Assembly: GCF_009914755.1 (NCBI RefSeq)
Contig: NC_060925.1
Length of the DNA: 64,000 bases
Source of the DNA: the human T2T-CHM13v2.0 reference genome, Homo sapiens
Direction: 5' to 3' (one strand)
Part shown: positions 20,714 through 38,349 of the stretch, one piece after another
Layout: each line of letters starts with the position of its first letter
How positions within the stretch are numbered: position 1 is the first letter of the stretch
Program-made: the position numbers and the translations under genes
The notes under the pieces: model-generated
The model's input: only the letters and a program-made list of their open reading frames with translations
Told to the model about the DNA's origin: nothing
Databases searched by the model: none

Positions 20714-20748
20714 AAGACTGGGTAATTTATTAAAGAAAAGAAATTGGC

Positions 20749-21106
20749 ATTCTCCTGCCTCAGCCTCCTGAGTAGCTGGGATTACAGGCGCCCGCTACCA
20801 TGCCCAGCTAATTTTTTGTATTTTTAGTAGAGACGGGATTTCACCGTGTTAGCCAGGATGGTCTTGATCTCCTGACCTCGTGATCCGCCCGCCTCGGCCT
20901 CCCAAAGTGCTGGGATTACAGGTGTGAGCCACCACGCCCAGCCTGACATTAAATCGACCAGCCTTTTGAGTGCTTCAGTGAGAGATTTTATGCAGAATCG
21001 CAGCCAAGACAAAAAGACAATCTGAGAGCAGGCACACACATTTTAGAGGACAAAATAATGAAATTTCTTTATCAGTTCCATCATTATATTTTTTTCATTA
21101 AAAAAA
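20749..21106 (+). other. Short retroposed insert: partial antisense AluY, about 150 bp of non-repeat sequence, then poly(A)
   Basis: 13-bp direct repeat aaaagaaattggc at 20736-20748 and 21107-21119; A-run at the right end. Confidence 0.7.
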
Positions 21107-21116
21107 AAAAGAAATT

Positions 21117-22066
<950 letters not shown>

Positions 22067-22236
22067 GGGGTTTAATTAATTTACAGTTCCACCAACTGTA
22101 TAGGAAGCATGATGCTGGTATCTGCTCAGCTTCTGGGGAAGCCTCAGGAAACTTACAATCATGGCCGAAGGCAAAGGGGAAGCAGACACATCTTACATGG
22201 CCAGAGTAGGACTGAGAGAGAGAGAGATGCTACACA

Positions 22237-22538
22237 CTTTTATTTTTATTTTATTTTTTGAGACTGAGTCTCACTCTGTCACCCAAGCTGGAGGGCAGTG
22301 GTGGGATCTCAGCTCACTGCAGTCTCCACCTCCCAGTTCAAGCAATTCCCTGCATCAGCCTCCCAAGTAGCTGGGATTACGGGTGCTCACCAGCATGCCC
22401 AGCTCATTTTTGTATTTTTAGTAGAGATGGGGTTTCACCACGTTGGCCAGGCTGGTCTCAAACTGTTGACCTCATTGATCTGCCCACCTCAGCCTCCCAA
22501 ATTGCTGGGATTACAAGTGTGAGCCACCGCACCCAGCC
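22237..22538 (-). mobile_element. AluS in the right MSTA LTR
   Basis: Flanking repeat acacactttta. Confidence 0.95.
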
Positions 22539-23029
22539 AACACACTTTTAAACGACCAAATCTCCTGAGAACTCTATCACTATACAGGACCAAGCGGGGA
22601 TGGTGTTAAACCATGAGAGACCACCCCCATGATCCAATCACCTCCCACCAGGCCCCACCCCCCATATTGAGGATTATAATTCAACATGAGATTCGGGCAG
22701 AGATGCAGATCCAAACCATATCACATGAGGAATAAATTGTTGTAAAAGTGCTCATCAGCACCACTACACTGCAGCCTAGGCAACAGAGTGAGACTCTCTC
22801 TCAAAAACAAAACAAAACACACACATACAAAATGTGCTCATCAGCTGTCTAATACTTTACACAGGATTATGTTTATTGCTGCTCAGTCTAATTTATGGCC
22901 CCGTCAGCCACACTGACTACTTCAGACAAGACACAGAGCAAAGAAATATCACCTTGTGTGTCCCCTCTCCCAACACTATCTTCTTTCCCAATGACAGGGG
23001 TGGGGTATGTTCTATCATGCCCCTCTTCA

Positions 23030-23550
23030 ATCTTTCATATTTCTACATGACCTTAGGCTTTCTAAATGCTCTTACATCCATTATCATATTTAATCTTATT
23101 CCAATTGTTGAAGAAAGCAGGTCAAGTGGGGAAGCCAAGGCCCAGCATGGTGAAGTGATCTGCTCAGGGACATACCATGTGGAAACAGCTTCAGGGCCCC
23201 CATCTTTCTCTGGCTTCTCTGACCTCCTCATCTGTTTATGTACTGTTCTCTCTGCTGCAGATGCTGTTCCTTTTATTAACTGCTACCTCAAGACTCATCT
23301 CAGGTGGCAGCTCTCCAGGAACTCTTTCTTCACTTTTCTAAGCCTGGGTGAGAGGCCTCTCCAAGCACTCCTTCCCACTGTATCTACCTCTCTCATAGCA
23401 TGGATCTAGTCTGTGTCTGCCACATGAGACTGGGAGCTTCCAGAGGGTATGGACTGTCATTAATTTCTATATCTGTGTACCCAGCACAGTACCTGGCACA
23501 TTGCCTTTAAAATGTCTGATAAATGAATGGATGGATGAGCAATGCATAGA
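23030..23550. mobile_element. MIR and L2 fragments
   Basis: L2 3'-end-like agactgggagcttccagaggg...cccagcacagtacctggcaca...aaatgaatggatgg. Confidence 0.55.
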
Positions 23551-23627
23551 TAGAGTGGTAGTGTCGTTTGCCTAAGGTCACTCAGCTAGAATTATAAACT
23601 GAAAAACAAATGTTTAAAGAAGGTTGA

Positions 23628-23778
23628 AGCTGGGCACAGTGGCTCGTGCCTGTAATCCCAGCAGGAGGCTGAGGCAGGAGGATCACTTGATGCCAAGAGT
23701 TCAAGGCTGCAGTGAGCTATAATTGTGCCACCGCATTCCAGCCTGGACAAGAGAGCAAGGCCCTGTCTCTAGGGGAAA
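23628..23778 (+). mobile_element. Alu monomer (FRAM/FLAM-like)
   Basis: Single arm with gagttcaaggctgcagtgagctat. Confidence 0.8.
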
Positions 23779-24014
23779 AACGTTGAAAAACTACGAACTC
23801 AAGATTTTTCCTAAGTATTTTCCAGTATCTCAGACCAGGTGTTCTGGCTTCTAGTGCCACATGCTCCCCATTGCCCTCTCATGAGTGCCCATCGCAGAAT
23901 GGAGGTGCAAGGGAGTAAGACTCTGGACCTGTTATTTATAGCCTGTTGAGGAAGCACCAGAGCTTGAAAACCTGTCCCAGAAAGGTAAATGGTGTCCCTC
24001 AGCTCCTTTGCTGA

Positions 24015-24333
<319 letters not shown>

Positions 24334-24612
24334 TCTTCCTCTTGCATTTCTGATTCCCACACCTTGCAAGGCAAGTATGGCCATTCAGACATATGGTTCC
24401 TAAACTTTTCAAACCCCTTTAACAGGGAAGGGTGCTAATTGACCTGAGGTCTTACACACTCCCCCGTACTGGGATTTGCACAACTTGGTGAGGGCAAGTC
24501 ATTCCATCCTGAACCCCTAGATGTGCCCCATTAGGAGCTCTAGGGAAGCCCAGCAACTACTGCTGTTAGTGCTGCTACTGCAGAGCCAGAAGTTAAGGCA
24601 CCAAAAATGGAA

Positions 24613-25020
24613 GTGTCTTATATTGGATTGAATTCCTCTGAAACAGATCCTGAGACAAGGATGTAAGTGCAAAGCATTTTTTGGGAGGTAATCTCAGGAA
24701 ACACCCATCAGGAGTGGTAAAGTGAGATAGGGAAGGAAAGGAAGTTAATGAAGGGATGTTACCAAGCCAGTTACCACTGTAGGCAACTGGAGCCCTATCC
24801 TACTGGGGAACGTCAGGAGATGATATGGGACATGCTGTCATGAGGCAACTCAGGACAAGGAAGCCAGGTGCTTATGCCCCACCCTTTTACCACTTGCCAT
24901 TTTGCCTCTGGGGCCTTCCACTCTCTGGCACTTCTAGTTTGCCAGGCATGTAGATGTTCTAAGTGGGCAGCCTTGGATGGGCAGAGGTGAATGCCAAGGG
25001 CATGTGGATGGGACCTAGGC
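24613..25020 (-). mobile_element. LTR33-like (ERVL) LTR
   Basis: cctgagacaaggatgtaagtgcaa...ccaagccagttaccactgtaggcaactgg. Confidence 0.7.
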
Positions 25021-26561
25021 AAAGCTCACTGAGGTCTCATCAGCATTCTAGCCTGGCTTGGTGTCAACTGAGCTTCATCCTCATCTTCTGTAAAAGGAAG
25101 GGAATGATCCATCTCTCCAGCTAGGTGGTGTGAAGTTAGTGGAGATAAAGGTATGGTGGAGCGGGATGATTGACAATTAGAACTAATGCCAACTCCCCAT
25201 CTCCTGGCACATTAGAGAGAGATTTAGAAGTCAAACACCAAAGAGAATGCCAGTCAGGTTGACTCCAAGGGGAAATGGCTTTAGATTTAGATCTTGATGA
25301 AATTTCTGAGTTGGCTGATGATAGAAGCAGGAGCTCCCCAGCCTGCACACAACTACTGGTCAATTCACACCCAACCCACACCAAACCTCAAGGAAGAAAA
25401 ATCGCTTTCTTCTCAGCTCCAAACTTTGGTTCAATTATTATTCCCCAGTGGACAGGAACTGCCAGGGAAGAAGGACAAAGCTGCTATGGTAATGAAGGAC
25501 TGTTTACTGATCAGCAGGAAGGAAGGGCAGCCAGAATGAGGTCAGGAACAGATGAATCTGCCCCATTGGGTGGATGGCATGTGTGATTTATAAGCTCTCT
25601 CCCTTGAAGATCCAAAAGTTTCTGAGTGGGGAGGGGAATGAAGAATGAAGGAAAGGACTAAGATAGAGACAGAAGTCTGTTTATTCTTCCCTTTCCGCAT
25701 TATCAGTCAAGGCAGTAAATTCAGCAAATCTACTCGACACTAATCTTGTTAGACTAATTGACTATAATTCAGTTCACTGTGGGGATAATCAGATTTGTGT
25801 AAACTTTCACAATAGTCTCCAAAGGCTTCATATATCTTGACGGATATAGTCTTTAAAATGCCCGTGCCCTGGTCTTAGAATGGGAGAGGAGACACCGCAG
25901 GCTGGTGGGAAGGAGCGGCTTCAGAACCCAAAGAGATGCACAGAGCCACCCCTTATCTTAGCCCCGCTTTTAGGCCTTCACTCCACCCCCTCCTGGTGAG
26001 CTGGCTCCAAAGCTGATGGATGGGACTGAGACTGGCCTGGGTTGGCAGATAGGGATATCTTACGAATGACAGGGTAGTCACCCTGCACCCTTCCAAATCT
26101 AATTGTCCGATAATTGCTGATCCAATCAGAAGTGTGTCTGGCATATAATCATCAACAATAAAGGCAATTCTTGTGATTATTAGTCAAGATAATGCATATA
26201 AACTTGTTAAAAGGTAAACTTGGGCACACTGAAATTTTAAAGAGTTTATTTGAGTGGACAGCAACTCATGAATCACGCAGGGCCAAATCACAAGCAGTTT
26301 GGGTTCCACCAGTGGGTGCAAGGAAAAACCTTTTATAAGGTGTTTGGGAAACACAAAGAAAATATTTGCTTGGTTGAAGTGTAAAGTCCCTGCTTGGTCG
26401 TTAGCTGGCGGTTTCATATTGGTGAAATCTTTAAAATGAGCATAGTTGGCAGTTTCTGATTGGTTTAGCTTAACTTTCACTTTATGGTTTACGTTGACTT
26501 TGATTTTAGTTTGTTTATGTAGGAACTGAAGGTGCTGAAGCCATCTCAGCCTAATGGCCTC

Positions 26562-27806
<1,245 letters not shown>

Positions 27807-28592
27807 CCCCCCAGTTAAGTATTTTAAATAACGTACATAGCATTGTGTTTGGCATACAGCAAATGCTGAAAAATGTTACCCATTATTATCAAGAAAAAAG
27901 TCCTTTTGACCTTAGAGATCTCCCAGTCTAATGGGTATGAGGATTGCAAGAGAAGGTGTCAGGAGCTCAGGAGAGGAGGAAAGGGAGAGAGAGAGCTGAG
28001 CTTTCAGGTGTTGAAGTTGATGATTAAAGCAAGCTGTAAATAAAAACATTAAGCCTTTAGTTACTGTGATAGTATAAGCGAGGGGCTAAAACTGGGGGAA
28101 GCACCGGCATCCCCTGTTCCAGCTTTCGTGAGACAGCAGCGCACCAGTTGAAGGTCAGGTGGATCAGCATAGACCTAGGGTTTCACTGTTGAGAAAGCCC
28201 CCAACAAAAGGCTGTGGCCGCTTTATGGACCTTGGAGTTGAGGAAGGGCAAGGGGAAAGGTCTAGAAGTGAAGTCCTGAGTACTGAGTTAGAGTGGAGAA
28301 CAGTATCTTCAAGGTTTTCTTCCTTCCCCCGATTAAGGAGACCTGGACAGAAGTCCTCTGAAGAGGTCACCTGAAGAGAACCTCTGCCTGAGGCCTCAGA
28401 GAAAGAGATGTAGGAATGTGGGGCACTGAATGGGCTAGGAATGTAGATATGTATAAGAACATGGCCCACAGCAGGCCTTGAGACCTTGACTGCGGCTCCC
28501 TCCAAGGCTGAGATGCAGTAGTGGTAAGCTGAGACTGCTGCAGGAGGGCAGCCTGCCTGGGAGACCTGGCAGGTGAAGCCTTCCTAACTGCT

Positions 28593-29010
28593 GTGAAGCA
28601 GGCTCACTTTTGTGAATCCAGTGAGACCAAACACAATGATACTTGAGTTATATGAAGCAGGTTTATCACTTACAGGTAGGCAGCAAAGGACAACAGATGC
28701 CAAGGACTCACTGTGACCCAGTTCTCCATGGCTCAGAAAGCTGCCCGGGGCGGGGAGTCTCCACTGCGCGTGCCCCTGTAAGGCAGTCCACCTGGGTTAT
28801 ATACCTTGGGGTCACATGACACACAGGACTCGTGTTGAAGGCCATGCTGTGCAAGGGGGGACTGGAACAGAGCCCGGGCTGTTCCAGCCAACTTTCCCCT
28901 TATCTCAGGATTTTGCATTCCCAGCACATTCTATAGTTATTCTTGAGAACTACAAGCAAGAAAGGAGAACTGGGTGGTTCAGGCCTTGTGTCAAGGCTGA
29001 AAAATCACAT
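28593..29010 (-). mobile_element. MER54-like (ERVL) LTR
   Basis: ggactggaacagagcccgggctgttccagcc...tatctcaggat...cccagcacattctatagttattcttgagaactacaagc. Confidence 0.75.
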
Positions 29011-29764
29011 GTGGGTTTTTAATCGGGAGCCAGACTCCTCAGAAGGTTGACAATAAGGGAATGTCAGATCAGCAATGTTTTCTACAAGGCAAGACCAGGC
29101 CAGTGAATATAAGGTTAGGAACAGAAGCACGGAAACTTGAATGAGTTAGCCCGTGCTTTGAACTTAGGAGTTCTAATCAACTTTGCAGGCGAGGACACTG
29201 AAATAGTTCAAGACTTTGTTTTCAGTGAGTCTCTCTGGTCTCTTCTCTTTCGAGATCCCAGTTGGTGTTATAGAGAGGAAAGAAAAACTGAAACAAGGCA
29301 ACTGTGTTTTCATTCTGATAAGATCTGTCCACCCGTCACCCTTTCACCTCCACCCCACTACCCCCAGCTATCTGCAAGGCCACTGGCTATGAAAGTAACA
29401 AGTTCCCTTTAGTGTGAAGAGGACTCTAGGACTTCACACTGTTTAGGGGGAGCAGAAGACGGCCCTGGGGAATGCAAGAAGTTTCTCTGCTACAAAAGAG
29501 TTGGCAAATAAGTTTTCATTTCAAGTAATTTTCTCCCCTTTGTCCTTTAACCCCAGGAGATTAGAGAAATGGTTACTGACAGTTCTTGTAATTTGCATTT
29601 CAAAGTGGTGTATGCAAAAATAACACATTTCAGCACTCACTCCATTAGCATATTAAAACAAATTGGCTTTGGGTCCTTGCCATTTATTTCATTCTAACTC
29701 CAAGTCCCCTAATGCATTTAGGAAAAAAAGAAGGGAGGTAAGGAAGAGACAAAAGTGGAGCAGG

Positions 29765-30056
29765 GCCCAGGTGCGATGGCTCACACCTGTATTCCCAGCA
29801 CTTTGGGAGGCTGAGGCGGGCGGATCACCGGAGGTCGGGAGTTTGAGACCAGCCTGAGCAATATGGAGAAACCCCACCTCTACTAAAAATACAAAATTAG
29901 CTGGGCGTGGTGGCGCATGCCTGTAATCCCAGCTACTCGGTAGGCTGAGGCAGGAGAATCACTTGAACCCGGGAGGCAGAGGTTGCGGTGAGCCAAAATC
30001 ATGTAGCCTGGGCAACAAGAGCGAAACTCCATCTCAAAAAAAAAAAAAAAAAAAAA
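29765..30056 (+). mobile_element. AluSp-like
   Basis: TSD aaa(a/g)gtggagcag. Confidence 0.95.
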
Positions 30057-30085
30057 GGTGGAGCAGGGACCTGTGGAGCTACCCC

Positions 30086-30105
30086 TGTGTGTGTGTGTGT
30101 GTATA

Positions 30106-30151
<46 letters not shown>

Positions 30152-30170
30152 ACAGAGAGAGAGTGTGTGT
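30086..30170. repeat. Compound (TG)n/(GA)n microsatellite
   Basis: Seen directly. Confidence 0.95.
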
Positions 30171-30609
30171 ATTGGGTACAGAGAAATTCATGGAGGGGAT
30201 CTGGCCTAAAGGAAACTGCCCCTTATGAATGGAAATTGGTTGGGTGAACTAATTGATTCGTTGAAATGTTTTTCTCTCTCAACTCCCACTCCACCCTCTT
30301 GCCTCTAGAGGAAGGAAGGCAAAAAAGAAAGTAGAGAAGGTAGCCTAATTATAATCCCGTCTGGCTGGTGAAGCAGGGAGCACCCAAGGAAGGCTGAAGA
30401 GCTCAAGCTTAGGCTCCTGAGGCACCTTCTTCATCTCTGTGCACCCAGGCCCAGGCCTGCGGAATTCCGACACTCCAGATTGAATGGTTGCTGTGAGATG
30501 AATGTGGGAAGATGTCCTATCCTCCAGGAAAACGAGAGGACACCTCCTTGGGAGATCCTCTCTACCCCACCACCATTGTTATTGATCAAAAATCCTCTGG
30601 TCTCTTTCG

Positions 30610-30965
30610 TGGGTGTATTTAGATGATGTGGTTATCTATGAGGGGTTCTTAAAGAAAATAGAAACTGCAGGTGAGGGGAAGTTCAAGTATAATTTTCGAA
30701 AAGTTAAAAGATGATTCTCTTGTAAATATATAGTGAGCATTTATTTAACTCATTAATGAGGGAATGGGCAGAATGGTAAAGCCATTTCAAAGAAGGATAT
30801 ATGATACAGTATATATGGACAGAGAAAGAAAATTTGCTAAGTTAACTATAAAACTTTGTTAATGCCCTATGAGACAATACAATGGTAACCTTTGTATCTA
30901 TCTTTTCTATGGGGCAGAGGTGCTATCATTTGCATTTCTACTGGACAAAAAATTATTTACAACTT
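30610..30965 (-). mobile_element. Possible old ERV1 LTR (LTR37-like)
   Basis: tagtgagcatttatttaactcattaatgagggaa; weak recall of the consensus. Confidence 0.35.
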
Positions 30966-31397
30966 TTCCTCTTCAAATGAATTGCACGTGAAGGGAGATT
31001 GCTAAGTAGGTCCACTCAGCCCTGGGGGAGGAAGAAAGCCTGTCCTTTCCAGGCTGTGGGCTGCAGTAAGCATGGCAAGAGCAAAAGGACAGGGTGAGAA
31101 GGTGCAAAGCAGTGGGGAGCCTTAATATCCACGGCTCAAATATTAAAGAAAGGGGCACTTAATTAGAGAGAGCCTAGAATGAGTGAATGAAACATGAAAT
31201 TTAGAATCAGAAACACCTGTATGCAAAGTAGAGTGTCTGCATTATCTCTTGCTTAACTTTTCAGACATGGTTTTCTCTTCTGTAAAATGAGTTATGTGAA
31301 GATTAAATTAGTTACTATAATGAACGTAAAGAGCCTGGCTCAGATTATGAAGTGAAAAATAGTAGTTGCTAATATTATTACAATTGTATAATATTTA

Positions 31398-31844
<447 letters not shown>

Positions 31845-33237
31845 TTAGCCTAAAGCTCATTCCTCCAACCTTTTGACAATTTTATAAGAATCTAATTATC
31901 TGTATTACATTTCTTGCAGCTTAAAATAGCTAGAGTGGTTGGTTTCCTGCACTGACCCTGACTGACAAATGAGTTTGAGAGCACAGGCCAAAGGGAACAG
32001 TGTCAGAGACTCAACACGATAAATACATCATCCAGGAAGAGAAACTAGAGCTGCTCATTGCTGTGAGTTTCTCTCTTATATCAACAAAATTCTTCCCTCA
32101 TCAGTTAAACCCATTTACTCTTTTACTCTCCTCTGTAGAAAACCAGAAGAGCAAGATGTTGGAGAATTAATATCTGCTAGAGAAATATGCATCTCAGCCT
32201 GGACTAATTGGTGCCTGGAACATGATGGTAGGTCTCCTACTCACAAATTGGATGGTGATGGAAAGGCCATCCTGATGAGCCTTCCAAAAGTTTTGTCAGA
32301 AGACAGAGTGATGTTGGATAACACTACTGAGCCACAACTTCCATCCACGCAAGACTTAATATATTTCCTGGGACAAAAGTACCTAGGAAACCAAAAGCCT
32401 TTCACCTTATCCCTTGAAGCTAATTTCCCTTTGGCTGACACTGTGCAGCAAAGTGTATTAATATCCATGATGGGTGATCAGCCTTCAATAAATAATGCTG
32501 GTTGTTCTAATGTACCTGGCATGAAATATTCAGAGCTATTAATGCATTTCAGTTTAAATAATCACCAGGGCTTTTGTCCAAATCAGTGGTGAGCTTAGGT
32601 TGTATTATCTTTTTTTGTACATATCAGATGTGGAGTGCAGGCTGAAAGTTCCAGGAAGAAGCATTAGGCCACTGACCCTGTGGAGAAGGTGGGGACTATG
32701 TGGTGCAGGAATATGTGATGGGGAGTGGCCCAACCCCTAGCTTGGGGTCCAGGATTCCTGGGTCCTGTCCCAAACTGAAGTATAGCCAGTGCCAAGAGAC
32801 TCAAGGCTCATCTGGTCTTGGGAAGACAGATCATCAGGGCATTATGGGATATCTTTCCCAGTTTTTGATTGTAAGTATTTCAAATGCTTCCAGTCTTTTG
32901 AGGCTGTATAAGAAACCATGGGAGTGTGATCATATAGATTGGGAGTTGGACTCAAATTACCAAGCAGCAGGGCCTCCACGGGAGACTTTGAGCAGCTGGA
33001 GATGTAAGAAGGCTGAGCTCAGGCCTTCTGTCAGCAGACGGATGGTTGACATGGCTATAAATCATGTTGGAGGACTTGCAATCCGGATTGGCAGGTGGTA
33101 AGCATGGGAATTATCTGAAAGGTGAGCTGACAGGAGTGAATGAATCTGGGCCCAGTGGGGCAGGAGTGCTTCCAACCTCCATTTCCCTTCTTTTGTTAAT
33201 TTTGAGAACAGTAAATCAGAAGAAAATAATGTTGGTG

Positions 33238-33515
<278 letters not shown>

Positions 33516-34397
33516 TCACTTGAGTCCCCACATCCTCCCCAGATCTCTGAAGTGTCCCACCCTGTCCTACCTCAGATGGGGTTCATTAAGAAGGAAACCC
33601 AAGGGGATTTGAAAGGAAGGAAGGGCTGGGTGCTTTTGTTCCACTCAGACCTCCCTGTCTCCTTCCTTTGCCCAACCAGAGACCAATATAGGGACAGGAG
33701 GCTTCAGAGATGGAATTAGCTTTCTGAGCTCCACTCTCAGAATCCCAGCTGAAAGCTCAAATATTTTCTCTTCGTATTCTTAGTGAATGCGCCTCCCCTC
33801 ACTCTTGCCCCTTCTCCCATGCTTCCATCAGCCTGGGTCACTCAAGTGCTTTCACCATGGGTTTCCTTCACTGCTGCTTCCCAGCAGCTCTTTTCTAATC
33901 TCACAGCTTATAGACTGGTCCACTTTCCCCAATATGGCGGCTCTGTCCAGCTGATGCCTGTTTCCCCTGATGTTTGCTATACTCAGCCACTTCTTAGCTC
34001 TCAGAAGCCAGGAAGTAAGTTTGGGAAAAAGCCCACCATTCAGACTGGCTTTAGGCCATATGCAGAGACCTTATATATGTACCAGTTATTCAGCTAGTAT
34101 CTCTAAGCTTCAAACCCACTCTTCTCTACTGGGCCTTGTGAAGCTGGGGCAAGAAATTTGAAAACCACATTTCTGCTTTGCTAACTGGCACCCTGTTGGC
34201 TTCTGTCAATATAGGGTAACCAGGGAGATTGGAAGGCTAGAGGAGGAAGACAGGATGCCTTTTTCCTCTTTGCTTCCTGTTCCTATCAACGTTGTCCAGC
34301 CTTGCTTCTACACAGGGCAGAGTGTATTCTACACAGTCCATTCTAGTAGCAGTAGTTGGCTTCAATTTGTAATTGTCTCTCCACTGTTCAACTTCTA

Positions 34398-34952
<555 letters not shown>

Positions 34953-35760
34953 TGAGTGGAGGGGAGAATCAGGAAAGCTCTTAATGCTTCCAGAATACTC
35001 AGTTACAGAATCTCAGAGTACGATGACTCCTGTTTCTAAATAAAAGGAAAGTTGGACTCTTTCCTTTTATTTAGAAACCAGATGTTTCTAAATAAAGGGA
35101 TGAAACCAGACTGTGCAGGGGAGGGGCTGGTGGGGGCCCTCAAAGAAACAGGATGGAAGAGAACGAAAAACAAAAAGCTGTCCTTTTTGATGACTTATCT
35201 ACCCCAGAGGGGCCACATGCTCCCCTATCATTATCTGTACCTGCCTGGGACTGCGTGTGGTGGTTAGAGCCCGTAACTACCCATAATGACTTCATGGGGC
35301 TCAGCCCAGGTAGGGGCCCAGACATTTCAAGCTAATGACTTTTCTTCCCTTTTTATTCTGTCTGTATTAGCTCCCTGCATGGATTGAAAGGTGCTTATTA
35401 ACACAAGCGCCCCTGATAATTAGGTTGGTCCTGGCTTCATTAAACACTGATGGGCTTCCTGCTTTTGGGTCCAGACAAGAGAAGGAGCCAGAAGACAGGA
35501 TTCTCCTCCCCATAGGTCTCCGGGGTGCAGATAGGGCAAGGTGGCACTTTCTTCTCATGTTCCTGGGTTGAGCTGAGTGAAAAGGGAGGCAAGAGATAGG
35601 AGTAAAAGCAACTGGAAGAGGCCTTTTCCCTATTTATCCCACCTACGGGCTAAACCTTGATGTTCTTATCTGCTCATTGGGCTTAGAACCAGAGACTATG
35701 AAAGCTAGAAGAGACCTCAGATATCAATCTTCACATTTTTATCATAAAAAAGAGGTGAGG

Positions 35761-36162
<402 letters not shown>

Positions 36163-37285
36163 CTACTCCAGGCTCAGCGATCCTTGACGTATCTCACAGG
36201 ACTGTCCCAGGGATCAGGAGGTGGAAGAGAGGAAAGTGATGTGAAAGTAAGGACCCCACGCAGTGGGAGGACTTCCTGTCTGGGCTGTGCTGCTCATGAG
36301 GTCCTGGGCTGCAGGCCTGGGGGGTCAGCCTCCAGAGTCTCCTTACCTGCCCTGCTTGCCTCATAGGGCCCTGGGGAGGAGGGGGCTTGTGAAAGTGCCT
36401 TGAGAAGCAAAACCTGTCAAGCTATTCTACCGGCCGGCTGTGTGCTCACTCCTGCCTCTGTCTCCCCAAATCCCCACTTGTGCCCTTTCTCCCAGGAGCC
36501 TGAGGATGCTGCTGAGCCCAGCCAGTTACACAAGCCTCGGTCAGCATCATCAACAGCCACTTCTCCATTTGCTTTCTGAATTATTTAGCCCTCCTCTTCC
36601 CAGCCCACCCCAGACCTTTTACCACATTAAACCTTCAAATAGGCCTGAACCTTGGCTTGGGAAACAACATTTCCTTACTGTCCCTGCCATAACGTTTTGG
36701 AGAGGGCACATCTCCCTATAGATTGGTTTTCCTCTTCACCATGCCTGGTGGTAATTGACAGTGCCTGGGTCCTAATGAGGGAACAGGCCCAGCCAGGGTG
36801 AGGCAGAGGCCCTGCCCTCTCCTAGTCCCTGGTTTGAGGTCCTGGCTATGGGTTCTCCCATCTATTCTTGCTGAGCACTTGCCAAATATTTAATGTCCTT
36901 CATCCAGCAAGCCAATGGCAGCTCTGGGGCTGGAAGGCTCCCGAGGTCATTTTGTCCCTTCCTCTGCTTTCAGGCTGGTGCACATCTCATCCAGGGTTGA
37001 CAGATGGCGGCCTCTTCCCTGGGGCTGAGGCTTTCCTGCCCTCGCCCCTAGCTTCGGCCCACATAAGACCTGGAGAGACTTTTGTGTGGACTACCTGGAA
37101 GGCTCTGGTTGTTGTAGATGCCCCAGAGGAACAGCCCAGGGAGGGGCGGGGGGGGGCTCTTATGGGGTAGGGATGGAGGTGTCAGGGGAGGAAAAGTCTT
37201 TGGGTGCCACGACAAGCTGATGAAGCGTTCTGCTGTGTGGGGCTCAGGAGAGTCCACCTGAGACTAAGGAAGTCCTGCTGGCTTC

Positions 37286-37577
37286 TTTTTTTTTTGAAAC
37301 AGAGTCTTGCTTTGTCACCCAGGCTGGAGTGCAGTGGCACCATCTCAGCTCACTGCAACTTCTGCCTCCGGGTTCAAGCAATTCTCATGCCTCAGCCTCC
37401 CAAGTAGCTGGGATTATAGGTGCTCGCCACTGAGCCTGGCTAATTTTTTGTATTTTTAGTAGAGATGGGGTTTCACCATGTTGGCCAGGCTCATCTCTAA
37501 CTCCTGACCTCAGGTGATCCGCCCGCTTCGGCCTCCCAAAGTGCTGGGATTACAGGTGTGAGCCACGGTGCCCTGCC
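37286..37577 (-). mobile_element. AluSx
   Basis: Antisense dimer. Confidence 0.95.
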
Positions 37578-38054
37578 CCTGCCTGCTTCTTTGTGTCTCA
37601 TTTGTACTCATTTGTCTGTCTGTGGGTCCTATAGCCTGAACCAGCCCACAGTCCTGCCCTCCTCTCCACTCCCTGCCTGTCCTGTGGGCCCTGCTTGGAG
37701 AAAGCTACAACCTGGCTCCATGGAGCCCCCAGAAGGGAGCACTCCTTCCCCCTCCTGGTGCCCACTCGTCTGGATCTTCTGGGCGTCTCCCAGCCCTTCT
37801 GGCCCCTCACAATCTGGGTTTCCTGCCTGCAGTTCGCTAGTGCTCTCTCTCTCTAAATGGCAATGGCCAACCTCAGCTGGTGTCACAGAGCATGTCTAAT
37901 GTGGCTGGTGCCCACCTGGGCTTGCCCTTCCTTTCCCATCCTCAGAGCTGGAAGTGACCCTATGGAGTTGGCAGACACCCCCATCCCCTTTCACTCTCAC
38001 CACCCTCAGCCTATATGTTCTTCCATGAATCTGACTCGAATCTCTTCTGACAAT

Positions 38055-38349
38055 TTTTTTTTTTTTTGAGACAGAGTTTCGCTCTTGTCCCCCAAGCTGG
38101 AGGGCAGTGGCGCAATGTCAGCTCACTGCAACCTCTGCTCCTGGGTTCAAGCAATTCTCCTGCCTCAGCCTCCCGAGTAGCTGGGACTACAGGCACGTGC
38201 CACCATGCCCAGCTAATTTTTGTATTTTTAGTACAGGTGGAGTTTCATCATATCGGCCAGGATGGTCTCAAACTCCTGACATCAAGTGATCCGCCCACCT
38301 CAGCCTCCCAAAGTGCTAGGATTACAGGCATGAGCCACCACGTCTGGCT
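38055..38349 (-). mobile_element. AluS
   Basis: Antisense dimer. Confidence 0.95.

Noticed and set aside
22834-23409. 191-aa hydrophobic ORF
   Set aside because: GTG start, runs through MIR and L2 remnants, and has no recognisable domain.
25275-25586. 103-aa ATG ORF in unique sequence (also 32248-32592 and 5196-5687)
   Set aside because: No recognisable homology, splice pattern or retrocopy hallmarks; length is within chance. A small or non-coding exon cannot be excluded without transcript data.
36997-37013. CTCF-like ttgacagatggcggc
   Set aside because: The 5' half of the motif mismatches; not supportable without ChIP data.
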